64,000 nucleotides of DNA from Clostridia bacterium (GTDB lineage: Bacteria > Bacillota > Clostridia > Oscillospirales > RGIG577), in contig JAFQZS010000042.1 in assembly GCA_017405765.1 (NCBI GenBank), positions 687 through 64,686 on the forward strand, in the 5' to 3' direction. The position numbers and the translations under genes are program-made. Below are positions 22,398 to 32,178 of this stretch, piece by piece (positions within the stretch are counted from its first letter, which is position 1; every line of letters starts with the position of its first letter). Below the pieces are notes generated by a model. The model saw nothing but the letters and a program-made list of their open reading frames with translations. It was not told where the DNA came from and made no database searches.

Positions 22398-25300
22398 ATG
22401 AAAATCAAGGGAAAAAGGCTTTTGGGTCTTCTTCTTGCCCTTGTTATGCTGGCGGGGCTTTTGCCCGCCCTCGGCATGACGGCGCGGGCAGAGGAGGATA
22501 TTTACAGCCTCGCGTACGATGAGGAGGGCAACATCCATGTTTTAACGCTCTGGCATAACTATACGGAGGTCGGCCACCGGGTCGGATACACTTATGCGCT
22601 TGGCGGATTGGCACACGCGATAGAAGGCGTCATATTTGATAAAGAGGCGTCCGTATCGGACTGCGGCTTCGATCTTATAGAGAAGGATACGGGCCGGATC
22701 GTCCCGATCATTCCGTACAGCGACGAAGAACGCTTCGACTACAAGCGCTATACGCTGCGTGTCTATTTGCAGACCGAAGCGATCTGGGTACGCAATACGC
22801 TTCTCGATCTGCGCTTTGCCGACGACGTGCAGATCTGTCTTGGGCATCACGTAGACAAGGGCATCACGGATAAGTATGTGTATCTGCCGGTCTCTCACTT
22901 CTATTTCATGGACGAAGACGGCCATGAAATATGCGCGGAGTTCGACCTCGACTTCTCTTACTTCAATGCTTTCAGCTTTGGGAAGACAATAATCAGCCCA
23001 AGAGGCGACACCCTTGATGTGGGATACCCCGTGGCCTGGTTCAACAAGGACGATATCATGGGCGACGGGACGGCGTCCTTTGACCCGGACACCGGCACGC
23101 TTCACTTAAAGGGCGATGTTGACAGGCTTTGGTTCAACCGCTGGGCGGGAGAGGACCCGCCTTCCATCAGCGTCGACAGCGACGTGAACGTGAACTACCT
23201 GTATCTTAACAGCTACGATTACGACAAGCTGGTCATAGGCGGCGCGGGCACGCTGAACCTCAGAACGCTCCAAAACGGCACATTTGTTAATCTCATCTTA
23301 TCGAACTGCAGCGCCTATATCGAAAACTGGGCAGACCATACTGTCGTCGAGCTTGAGGATACTAAGCTTGCAGGCCCCGCAGGCGCTTTTATCGACTACA
23401 TCGGACATGTGTACAGCGACGAAGGCTTTGTGAAATCGGACGTGGCGTTCCGGCGCGATTTCAAGACGCTTGAAGACAGCGGCGACGCGGGGAGCATCCA
23501 CTGGCATTATGACTTTGCGACAAAGACCTTCTCCGTAAGCGGCAGCGGCCGGTTCGAGCGCCTTTCGCCCTACGACAAATACCTCGACGTTGCGGAGTAT
23601 TTCCGAACGGAGAGCGGAGTTACACAGCTTGGCGACAATATCATAAAGGACAGCCCCCACCTTAAAAAGGTCTTTCTTTCAATGACAGTAAAGCGCATAG
23701 GCCGAAACAATTTCTCGGGCTGCAAAAATCTCACTGAAGCGAATCTCCCCATCGGCCTTGAGTACATATCGAGCGGCTGCTTTTCCGGCAGCGGCCTTAA
23801 AACGGTCACCATCCCGAAGACGCTTCTTCGCATAGACGACGGCTGCTTTTCGCGCATGCCGGAGCTTGATACCATATTATTCCCATATAATAACGAGGCA
23901 AACTGGCTCGTAATAGGTGACGACTGCTTTGCCCACCTGCCGTGGACAAAGGAGATCCGCTTCGGCGACGGGCCCTGGATCGTGGGCTCTTCAAGCTTCT
24001 GCGATATGCCCCGGCTTCGCAAGGTGAGGATGGTCACGGCTTCCGACAGCTGGCTGTACTCTAATGATCTGTACCGCATAAAACTCGGCAACAGCCTGCG
24101 CTATATCGGAGACTACAGCTTTTCCGATATCCCCAAGGCAAACTACAGGGATTATCCGTTGAAGATTGGTGATAATTTCCCTTCCTGTTATCAGAACTAC
24201 CAGCTTCCGTATATGCTCAGAGACATCGGCAGAGGCTCCCTTGGCTTTGAAAACGGCGCGGCGGGCAATGTGGTCCTCGACAGCGTACCGCCTCCGGCAA
24301 GCACATCCGGTCCGGCTCTGCCTTTCGCCCGTTACGCCTGGGCCAACCGTCTTCCCACCATATCGCGCCTCACAACGGGATCGAAGGTTCCCGGGAGATT
24401 TAATATGGGCGATGTTTCCTACAAATCCGACGGCGACGTGGTAGGCGAATACGACATCGAGGCGCTTTTGGAATATCTTAACCGTCCCGTAAAGGCCATA
24501 GGCCCCGGCGCCCGCCAGGTAGGAAGCGGCGACCGCGAAGCGCTTGCAGACGTCGATTTCAGCGCAAAGGTGGACCACAAGGATCTTATCCTTATCAAAC
24601 GGTACGTGGCCGGCTGGTCAGGTCTTGACAGATATTTTGACCGCGAATACCTTTGGGACGCGATCGGCAACCCGCTCTATGTGCAGATCTACCGCTACTC
24701 GTGCGAGAGCAACTACACCGCCGATACAGGGCTTAGGCTAAGGGCGGGCAGCGTGACCGCGGACTACGAGGACGGCACGACGGTCAGAGTGCCGGTATTC
24801 TCCTCATACAACGAAGGCTACATCGGCGGCAGCGTCACGGCGAAATGGAACCCCGACGCGATGGATCTTATCGATATAGAATATAACGACGCGCTCGCGC
24901 CGGACAACGGCACGGGCCCGATAGACAACAGCCTTTCCTACGCCCTTTTCACGAACCAGTTAGAGGATGCGCATATGAGCCTTGATTACGCGGGCGAGCA
25001 TGTCATCCGCTTCGGCGACGATTTCAGAACGTCGAACATAACAGGCACGGGAGAGCTCTTTACGCTTGTCTTCCGCCTGAAGGAGGGCGCGAAGCCCGAT
25101 GACTACAATGCGGCGAAGATCCTCGATTTCGACGTGAGCCTCAAGGGCTTCGATATCTACAACGCAGACCTTGACTTTGTAAGAACCGAGCTTGTCGAAG
25201 CCGGCACGATAACCGTGAGAGGCGACGACGCTGTCATCCGCACGGTAAACGCAGATGACGTTGTCATTCCGCTTGCGGGGCAGAAGCCCGCGTTTTCAGT

Positions 25301-26474
25301 CTCCGTTCCCACAGGAGCGCCCTATAAGCTCATGAATACCTCGCTTGGCTCCATCGTTTGGCTCAATTACCCAAAGAACAAAGACGGCTACTATATGGTG
25401 GTGGAAAAAAAAGATACCTTCGAGGCGGGGAAAGAATACATGGTCAGCATATCCCTCGAACGCGCCTCGGACGCGTTCCTCTTCCCTGACGCCGCGGAGA
25501 TCAAAGGCACGATCAACGGCGCATTTGACGCCGATGTCTGGGTAAGCGACGACCATACCCAGGCGGCGCTTACGGCTGTCTTTACATGCGCGGAGGGCGT
25601 TCCCGCCACCGGCCTTGTCCTTAATAAGACCGACGCCGCGCTCACCGTGGGCGAAAGCACCGGCCTGCAGGTGGTGACCTTTATCCCCTACGAGGCCGCC
25701 GATCTCGGCGTAAGCTGGCAAAGCTCGGACAGCAGCGTTGCCGTAGTCGACCCCAACGGCAAGGTAACGGCGCTGAAATCCGGCACCGCCGTCATCACAG
25801 CCATCTCCGCAAACGGCGGCGTACACGCCGACTGCAGCGTAACGGTCGAAAAGCGCGCCCATACTATCCGCGCACTTAGCGTGACCGATGTTTGTGCGCC
25901 TGTTCCCAAAAGGGCGCCCTCGTTCACGGCCTCGGTCCCCCTGGGCGCGCACTATCGGATAAGCGACAAAAGCCTCTTTGGAGGCGGAGTGGTTTGGCTG
26001 GGAACATCGGCTGACGACAGCCTTTATACACTTTATGAAAGCAGCACCTTCACCGAGGGAGGAACGTATCGCGTATTGGTCTACATAGATCCCGAAGAAA
26101 CGGCGACCGACGTCTACCGCTTCCTCTCAAAGGAGGAAATGAGCGCGGTGCTGAACGGTCACGACGCAGAGATCCAATGGGTGAGCGACGACGGCACGCA
26201 GGCATGCGTACAATATATGTTTACGGCAGAAGCGCCCTGGCGCTTTGATAAGACTACGGGGTCTATAACGACTTCGGACGCCGTCACTTCGTCTCGCCCC
26301 GTGATCGTGGCCTCCTACGATGAAAACGGCAGATTCTTGGGCTCCGTCTTTGTAACGGGCGCCAAAGAAAAGGCTTCCGTTGTAAAGGACGGCGCGGATC
26401 GCGTTTCAATCTTCTGGGTTGACATCGATACGGGCAAGCCGCTCTACGACCCGGAGACGGTCACGATAGATTAG
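22398..26474 (+). CDS. Giant secreted multidomain surface protein (LRR + dockerin-like + cohesin-like + Big_2 + shared C-terminal module)
   Basis: 1358 aa. Signal peptide. BspA-type LRRs at about 23600-24130. Dockerin-like duplicated Ca-binding segments (GDVSYKSDGDVVGEYDIEALLEYL; ADVDFSAKVDHKDLILIKRYV) at about 24408-24620. Cohesin-like segment at about 24725-25225. Big_2-like segment (LVLNKTDAALTVGESTGLQV...SSDSSVAVVDPNGKVTALKSGTAVITA) at about 25606-25850. Confidence 0.8.
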   Translation: MKIKGKRLLGLLLALVMLAGLLPALGMTARAEEDIYSLAYDEEGNIHVLTLWHNYTEVGHRVGYTYALGGLAHAIEGVIFDKEASVSDCGFDLIEKDTGRIVPIIPYSDEERFDYKRYTLRVYLQTEAIWVRNTLLDLRFADDVQICLGHHVDKGITDKYVYLPVSHFYFMDEDGHEICAEFDLDFSYFNAFSFGKTIISPRGDTLDVGYPVAWFNKDDIMGDGTASFDPDTGTLHLKGDVDRLWFNRWAGEDPPSISVDSDVNVNYLYLNSYDYDKLVIGGAGTLNLRTLQNGTFVNLILSNCSAYIENWADHTVVELEDTKLAGPAGAFIDYIGHVYSDEGFVKSDVAFRRDFKTLEDSGDAGSIHWHYDFATKTFSVSGSGRFERLSPYDKYLDVAEYFRTESGVTQLGDNIIKDSPHLKKVFLSMTVKRIGRNNFSGCKNLTEANLPIGLEYISSGCFSGSGLKTVTIPKTLLRIDDGCFSRMPELDTILFPYNNEANWLVIGDDCFAHLPWTKEIRFGDGPWIVGSSSFCDMPRLRKVRMVTASDSWLYSNDLYRIKLGNSLRYIGDYSFSDIPKANYRDYPLKIGDNFPSCYQNYQLPYMLRDIGRGSLGFENGAAGNVVLDSVPPPASTSGPALPFARYAWANRLPTISRLTTGSKVPGRFNMGDVSYKSDGDVVGEYDIEALLEYLNRPVKAIGPGARQVGSGDREALADVDFSAKVDHKDLILIKRYVAGWSGLDRYFDREYLWDAIGNPLYVQIYRYSCESNYTADTGLRLRAGSVTADYEDGTTVRVPVFSSYNEGYIGGSVTAKWNPDAMDLIDIEYNDALAPDNGTGPIDNSLSYALFTNQLEDAHMSLDYAGEHVIRFGDDFRTSNITGTGELFTLVFRLKEGAKPDDYNAAKILDFDVSLKGFDIYNADLDFVRTELVEAGTITVRGDDAVIRTVNADDVVIPLAGQKPAFSVSVPTGAPYKLMNTSLGSIVWLNYPKNKDGYYMVVEKKDTFEAGKEYMVSISLERASDAFLFPDAAEIKGTINGAFDADVWVSDDHTQAALTAVFTCAEGVPATGLVLNKTDAALTVGESTGLQVVTFIPYEAADLGVSWQSSDSSVAVVDPNGKVTALKSGTAVITAISANGGVHADCSVTVEKRAHTIRALSVTDVCAPVPKRAPSFTASVPLGAHYRISDKSLFGGGVVWLGTSADDSLYTLYESSTFTEGGTYRVLVYIDPEETATDVYRFLSKEEMSAVLNGHDAEIQWVSDDGTQACVQYMFTAEAPWRFDKTTGSITTSDAVTSSRPVIVASYDENGRFLGSVFVTGAKEKASVVKDGADRVSIFWVDIDTGKPLYDPETVTID

Positions 26475-26550
26475 CGCCAGATCTGTACTTTGCTTTTCAC
26501 AGACGGGACACGTCTGTATAAGAAATAATATCCATGGAAGAATTTTTGCA

Positions 26551-26579
26551 TTGAAAAGCGCATAATATTACTGTAAAAT
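26551..26579 (+). promoter_or_regulatory. Promoter of the CAP-domain gene
   Basis: TTGAAA (26551-26556), a 17-nt spacer, then TAAAAT (26574-26579). Confidence 0.5.
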
Positions 26580-26677
26580 CTAAATATACCGATAAATGGT
26601 ACCTATTCGGTCAAAGAAGGATATATCTTTCAATAAGGGCTCGTCCCGAGCCTTATATGAAAGGAGTTCTATTTAAT

Positions 26678-27430
26678 ATGCGAAAATTCTTTAAACGCAC
26701 CGCCGGCGTCTGCGCCGCGCTAATACTTACTGTCTCGGCTGCAGGCGCATCCGCCATGGGAGCGCCGTGTGATCCTTCAAAGCTGCCCCTGCCCGCAGAC
26801 GCGGGCGCAGATGTATACGAAACGGGCATAAAGCTATGGGCAGGCGGCAAAGACTTCATAACCGTAAGCGAGAATATTATAAGCCTCGTTTTCAAAAGCC
26901 CCGTCATGATCAACGAAGCACCGCAGAGCATTCCCGCCGACGCCCCCGCCTACGAAACGCCGCCCGCTTCCGACACTCCCCTATCCCCCGATGCGTCGGG
27001 ACCCGAAGACAGCAATGCAGCGCCCTCTGCGCAAAGCGCCGTAAGCGAAACAGAGCGCGAAGTCGTAAGGCTCACAAATGAGATAAGAGCCTCATACGGC
27101 CTTGCGGAGCTTTCGTTAAACGAGGATCTGTCGCGCGTCGCGCGCTCAAAGGCAGAGGACATGGCCAAATACGGCTATTTCTCGCACGAAAGCCCAACCT
27201 ACGGCTCGCCCTTTGATATGATGCGCGCCTTCGGCATAGAGTTTGTAAGCGCCGGCGAAAACATAGCAATGGGATATAAAAGCGCCGAGGCCGCAGTAAA
27301 CGCCTGGATGAACTCGGAGGGGCACCGCGCCAATATACTTGACCCCTCTTATACTGAAATAGGCGTGGGATATTGGGAAAACGGCAGCTTCTGGTCGCAG
27401 ATGTTCGTAAGACCGCAGGCAAAGCAATAA
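26678..27430 (+). CDS. Secreted CAP/SCP (YkwD-like) domain protein
   Basis: Start refined to ATG 26678 (signal peptide MRKFFKRTAGVCAALILTVSAAGASA). C-terminal CAP domain motifs (YFSHESPTYGSPFDM, GENIA, WMNSEGHRANIL, IGVGY). Confidence 0.8.
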   Translation: MRKFFKRTAGVCAALILTVSAAGASAMGAPCDPSKLPLPADAGADVYETGIKLWAGGKDFITVSENIISLVFKSPVMINEAPQSIPADAPAYETPPASDTPLSPDASGPEDSNAAPSAQSAVSETEREVVRLTNEIRASYGLAELSLNEDLSRVARSKAEDMAKYGYFSHESPTYGSPFDMMRAFGIEFVSAGENIAMGYKSAEAAVNAWMNSEGHRANILDPSYTEIGVGYWENGSFWSQMFVRPQAKQ

Positions 27431-27542
27431 TTTATATGGCTCATGCAAGCCGCCCTCACCGGCGGCTTGTTTTTTTCTTTAAATTGCAATTTATGTCGTA
27501 TTCCTTTATAATAAGAATATGAATCCATACGGAGGGATCGAT

Positions 27543-28367
27543 ATGAAAAAGCCTGCACTTCTTATCATGGCGGCCATAGTAATATTTATGCTCTTTTTGT
27601 TTTCGGCGTGCTCATCCGGCACACAAAGCGGCGAAAGCCCATCTGCCGCCGAAGCCGAAACATCTGCTGCCGCCGCCGATGAAAGCGCGGCCGCTTTAAA
27701 CGAGGAAAAAGGCGACGCAGACGACGTCATCGAAGACAGTAACATTCCGTCTCCAAACGAAGAAAGTCCCGATCTTTCTTACAATGATGATCCGCCCGCC
27801 GCAAACGCAAATGACAAAGTGCTCATTGCATACTTTACGCGCGCGGAAAACATAGATCTTGACCCCGAGACAGACGCAGTTGCCTCGGCAAGTATAAACA
27901 TCAGCGGAAGCGAGGCGTCGGGCAATGCAAAGCTGCTTTCGGATATGGTTTCTTCTGTTGTGCGCGGCGACGTTTTTTCCATACGTGTAAGTGACAAATA
28001 TCCTAAAAGCTACAGCGAAACTACCGATATAGCGAAAAAAGAGCTCTCGGAGGGCACAAGGCGCGCGCTTTCGTCGCACGTTGAAAATATGGATGAATAC
28101 GGTACGATAATACTTATTTATCCCTGCTGGTGGGGCTCGCTGCCGGGTCCCGTTTCGGCATTTTTAGATGAATACGACTTCAGCGGCAAGACTATCCTTC
28201 CGCTTTGTACAAGCGGCGGCGGCGCCATGGGAGACACACAGGCCGAAATTGAAGCCGCATGCCCCGCATCTTACGTAAGGGAAGGTATTGTGATACGCGG
28301 CGATAGCATTTATGGCTCGGAAAGCGTTGTTGCAGACTGGCTCACGCGAGAAATATACGTAGATTAA
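27543..28367 (+). CDS. Lipoprotein with extracytoplasmic flavodoxin-like (Flavodoxin_4-type) domain
   Basis: Start refined to ATG 27543 (GGAGGG SD 6 nt upstream). Lipobox LFLFSAC. The C-terminal domain is paralogous to the next gene (LIAYFTRAEN..., IYPCWWGSLP, LPLCTSGGG). Confidence 0.75.
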   Translation: MKKPALLIMAAIVIFMLFLFSACSSGTQSGESPSAAEAETSAAAADESAAALNEEKGDADDVIEDSNIPSPNEESPDLSYNDDPPAANANDKVLIAYFTRAENIDLDPETDAVASASINISGSEASGNAKLLSDMVSSVVRGDVFSIRVSDKYPKSYSETTDIAKKELSEGTRRALSSHVENMDEYGTIILIYPCWWGSLPGPVSAFLDEYDFSGKTILPLCTSGGGAMGDTQAEIEAACPASYVREGIVIRGDSIYGSESVVADWLTREIYVD

Positions 28368-28393
28368 AAAATAAATAGAAGGAGCATATTAAA

Positions 28394-28909
28394 ATGACGT
28401 CAAATCTTATAATCTATTATTCAAGAAAAGGCGAAAACTATTTGGGCGGCGAGATCAAAAAGCTGGAGCGCGGCAATACGGGAAAAATTGTCTCTTATAT
28501 TAAAGACGCCTTATCGGCAGATATATTTGAAATAGAAACCGTAAAGGAATATCCGGCTGATTATATGGCCTGCACCGAGGTCGCAAAGGCCGAATTAAAG
28601 GCGGGCGCGCGTCCCGAGCTTAAAAGATACCTTGAAAGTCTTGACGGCTACGACAATGTTTTCATCTGCGGCCCGTGCTGGTGGGGCACATTCCCCTGCG
28701 CCGTTTTTTCACAGCTAGAACGATTAAGCTGGAAGGGCAAAAATGTGCTGCCCGTTATGACCCACGAGGGAAGCGGGCTCGGAAACGTGCAGAAGGACTT
28801 AAAAAAGATATGTAAAGGCGCTTCTTTTAAAAAAGCTCTGGCTGTGGAAGGCCACAGCGCAGACAGCGCAAGAGATCAGGTAGTATCTTGGGCAAAATCT
28901 CAGATATGA
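28394..28909 (+). CDS. Flavodoxin-like protein (cytoplasmic paralog)
   Basis: 171 aa with no signal peptide. Motifs IIYYSRKGEN, CGPCWWGTFP and PVMTHEGSG parallel the preceding gene. Confidence 0.8.
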   Translation: MTSNLIIYYSRKGENYLGGEIKKLERGNTGKIVSYIKDALSADIFEIETVKEYPADYMACTEVAKAELKAGARPELKRYLESLDGYDNVFICGPCWWGTFPCAVFSQLERLSWKGKNVLPVMTHEGSGLGNVQKDLKKICKGASFKKALAVEGHSADSARDQVVSWAKSQI

Positions 28910-28931
28910 CGATATATTTCGGGAGGCAAAA

Positions 28932-29273
28932 ATGCTTATCGATCTTAATGCTTTTGAAACGCTTAAAATACCGAATTTAAACGGCGGCGACGGCTCCGTC
29001 TCCGCAAAAATGTTTTCGGACGATCGTGGAAAGATAATAATAAGCCGCATACCCGCAGGCTCTTCGATAGGACAGCATCTGCAGAAAACCGGCGACGACA
29101 TAAATTACGTGATAAGCGGAACGGGTACGGCAATATGCGACGGAGTGTCGGAAAAGCTGAAAGCGGGCGTGTGCCACATCTGTCCCGAGGGCTCGGTACA
29201 CAGTATAATAAATACGGGCGATCGAGACCTTGTGCTCTTTAGCGTAGTTGCACATCGCAAAAAAAACGAATAA
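28932..29273 (+). CDS. Cupin-domain protein
   Basis: 113 aa. Cupin motifs GSSIGQHLQKTGDDINYVISG and CPEGSVHSIINTG. Confidence 0.75.
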   Translation: MLIDLNAFETLKIPNLNGGDGSVSAKMFSDDRGKIIISRIPAGSSIGQHLQKTGDDINYVISGTGTAICDGVSEKLKAGVCHICPEGSVHSIINTGDRDLVLFSVVAHRKKNE

Positions 29274-29352
29274 TGAATATTATAATTTGCATTTTATCAA
29301 AAGTTATGTTAATATATTGATTATTACACTTGACTCGGAGGTTCATTAAAAA

Positions 29353-32112
29353 ATGGCTCAGAGCAATCAGAAAGCTCAACCTAAAAGCAATACTTCAAAT
29401 TCCAGGCCGTCTTCGAGAAGCCCAAAAAGGCCGCAGGCCCAAAAAAGCTCTTCTTCCAAAAAGAGACGAACTACCAGAAATAAAGATCAGACAAACAAGC
29501 TTGTTATGCGCGCGCTGAAGGGCATACTTCTTATCCTTATAGGCGCGTTCGTGCTGCTCTGTCTTTTTGTTGACTCTATGGGAAGTGTGGGCGGCGCGAT
29601 AAGATCGGTGCTTATGGGCATAACCGGCGGCGCGGGTTATACCGTCCCCTTCTTTCTTATATATTTCGGAATACTGCTGGTAATGCGCGAAACGCATAAA
29701 GGCATAAGAGTAAAGACAGTGGCGGCGATAATCATAGTATGCATGCTGGCCGCATTTATACATACCTTTACACCGTATGCCTCGCTTACGGGCACATTTG
29801 CGGAAAACGTAAGCGCATATTACGTTTCGGGAGGTCGCGGAATATCGGGCGGCTTTTTGGGCGGCGTGATATCGGGCGTACTTTTACCGCTTCTCGGCAA
29901 AACAGGCTCCGTTATCATTCTGATAATCGTACTTATAATCGCGCTTATGATACTTACGGGCGTTACTCCGGTTTCCGTATATAAGTTCTTAAAACAGCGC
30001 GGAGAGAAAAAAGCCATACGCGACCGCGAAGACGTTGAAATATTAAAGCGGCGCGAGGCCGAAAAAGTTGAACGCGAAGCAAAAAACGAAATAAGGCGGC
30101 GCGAAGCGGCGGCAGTACGTCCGCAAAGGCCCCAGCCCCAGCCGCGTATCTTTCACAGAAAGCAGCCCCAGGGGAAGCCGCAGATAGATATAAAGCTTGA
30201 GGATACATATAAATTCACTCCGATAAGCGATGAAATGGTTGCCGCCGTAAAGCGCGACCGTAATATCGGCGAAGCGGAAGGCTCCGGAGAAAACGCAAAG
30301 CCCAAGCATAAATTCACAAATCTTTCGACCGAAGAATTTGACGCAAAGGTAGCGCAGTTTTCAAAAAAAGCGGCTCAGGCAAAAAAGCTGGAAGCCATAG
30401 AGGGCGAGATAGCCGCTCAGGAAATGCAAAGCGAGCTTGAAGCGGCGGCTCATCAGTCGGGCGCTTCGGCCTCTGCTAAAGAAACGCAGACCGCCTCGGG
30501 CGCACAGAAGCCCTCCCAAAAGGACGCTCCGCCCGAAAAAAAGGCGGAAGGCGGCGCGTCTCCCACTCCCATAGCCAATCTTAAGCAAAACGGCGCGGAA
30601 GCTCCCGCGGAAAGCGAACCCGAATACGTATATCCGCCCATCACGCTTTTAAAGCAGGATCTGTCGCGTATGAGCCACGACGTATCGGACGAGCTTCGCT
30701 CCACCGCTACAAAGCTCGTTGAAACGCTTAACAACTTCAACGTATCGACGCAGATAGTAGACGTATCGCGCGGACCGACCGTTACGCGCTACGAGCTTCA
30801 GCCTAATGCGGGCGTAAAGGTGTCGAAGATAGTAAATCTCTCCGATGACATCGCGCTAAATCTTGCAACGGCGGGCGTGCGTATAGAGGCGCCGATCCCG
30901 GGAAAAGCCGCCGTAGGCATCGAGGTGCCGAACAGAGTCACGGCCAACGTATATCTTCGCGATATAATAACCTCGCCCGAATTTATAAAGCAAAAGAGCC
31001 GCCTAACATACGCGCTGGGCAAGGACGTTTCCGGTGCGGTAATGGTCGGCGATATAGCGAAAATGCCGCATATGCTCATTGCGGGCGCGACAGGCAGCGG
31101 TAAGTCCGTCTGCATAAACTCGATGATAATGAGCCTGCTTTACAAATCAACGCCCGACGAAGTACGGCTTCTTTTGGTCGATCCCAAGGTCGTTGAGCTT
31201 GGCGTATACAACAGCATACCGCATCTTCTGATACCTGTCGTTACCGACCCTAAAAAGGCGGCCGGCGCTCTCAGGTGGGCCGTAAACGAAATGCTCGGCA
31301 GATATAAGCTGTTCGCCGAAAACAACGTGCGCGACTTAAAGTCGTACAACGAGGCGATACTGCAAAAGAACGATCCGGCGCAGAAGCCTCTGCCGCAGAT
31401 AGTCATAATCATCGACGAGCTTGCCGACCTTATGATGGCTGCTCCCAATGAAGTTGAGGATTCAATATGCCGCCTTGCTCAAATGGCGCGCGCTGCGGGA
31501 ATGCATCTCGTAATAGCTACGCAGCGTCCCTCGGTAGACGTTATCACCGGCCTTATAAAGGCAAATATCCCTTCAAGAATATCGTTTGCCGTATCGAGCC
31601 AGGTGGACAGCCGCACGATACTTGACATGGGCGGCGCGGAAAAGCTTTTGGGCAAGGGCGATATGCTCTATTCACCCATAGGCGCTCCTAAGCCGATACG
31701 CATACAGGGCTGCTTTGTAAGCGACGCCGAAATAGAAGCGGTAGTCGATTTCATAAAGCAGTCACAGCAGAAGGAAGTTACCTACGATCAGGGCATCCTC
31801 GACGATATCGAAAAGGAGAGCATAATAGGTCAAAAAGGCAAAAGCGGCTCTCATCAGAACGGCAACGGAGAGGATATGGATGCGGCCGACGAAATGCTTG
31901 AGGCTGCTATCGAGATAGTAGTCGAAGCGGAAATGGCGTCGGTATCGCTTCTGCAAAGAAAACTCAAGCTTGGCTACGCAAGAGCGGCGCGCATAATCGA
32001 TCAGATGGAGCAGCGCGGCATTGTAGGGCCTTATGAAGGGTCAAAGCCGCGAAAGGTGCTGCTTTCAAAGCAGGATTTCATGGAAAAGAAAATGGCTCAA
32101 AGCGATTGGTGA
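29353..32112 (+). CDS. ftsK: DNA translocase FtsK/SpoIIIE
   Basis: 919 aa. N-terminal TM helices, a charged linker, Walker A GATGSGKS, Walker [12 protein letters not shown] and a C-terminal gamma wHTH ([24 protein letters not shown]). Confidence 0.95.
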   Translation: MAQSNQKAQPKSNTSNSRPSSRSPKRPQAQKSSSSKKRRTTRNKDQTNKLVMRALKGILLILIGAFVLLCLFVDSMGSVGGAIRSVLMGITGGAGYTVPFFLIYFGILLVMRETHKGIRVKTVAAIIIVCMLAAFIHTFTPYASLTGTFAENVSAYYVSGGRGISGGFLGGVISGVLLPLLGKTGSVIILIIVLIIALMILTGVTPVSVYKFLKQRGEKKAIRDREDVEILKRREAEKVEREAKNEIRRREAAAVRPQRPQPQPRIFHRKQPQGKPQIDIKLEDTYKFTPISDEMVAAVKRDRNIGEAEGSGENAKPKHKFTNLSTEEFDAKVAQFSKKAAQAKKLEAIEGEIAAQEMQSELEAAAHQSGASASAKETQTASGAQKPSQKDAPPEKKAEGGASPTPIANLKQNGAEAPAESEPEYVYPPITLLKQDLSRMSHDVSDELRSTATKLVETLNNFNVSTQIVDVSRGPTVTRYELQPNAGVKVSKIVNLSDDIALNLATAGVRIEAPIPGKAAVGIEVPNRVTANVYLRDIITSPEFIKQKSRLTYALGKDVSGAVMVGDIAKMPHMLIAGATGSGKSVCINSMIMSLLYKSTPDEVRLLLVDPKVVELGVYNSIPHLLIPVVTDPKKAAGALRWAVNEMLGRYKLFAENNVRDLKSYNEAILQKNDPAQKPLPQIVIIIDELADLMMAAPNEVEDSICRLAQMARAAGMHLVIATQRPSVDVITGLIKANIPSRISFAVSSQVDSRTILDMGGAEKLLGKGDMLYSPIGAPKPIRIQGCFVSDAEIEAVVDFIKQSQQKEVTYDQGILDDIEKESIIGQKGKSGSHQNGNGEDMDAADEMLEAAIEIVVEAEMASVSLLQRKLKLGYARAARIIDQMEQRGIVGPYEGSKPRKVLLSKQDFMEKKMAQSDW

Positions 32113-32127
32113 TCGTCCGATAAACAG

Positions 32128-32154
32128 CGCCGCAGGTCTTCCTGCGGCGTTTTA
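32128..32154 (+). terminator. Intrinsic terminator after ftsK
   Basis: Perfect 9-bp stem cgccgcagg/cctgcggcg with loop tctt, followed by tttt. Confidence 0.75.
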
Positions 32155-32178
32155 ACGACTTTATAAGGAGATACCGAG

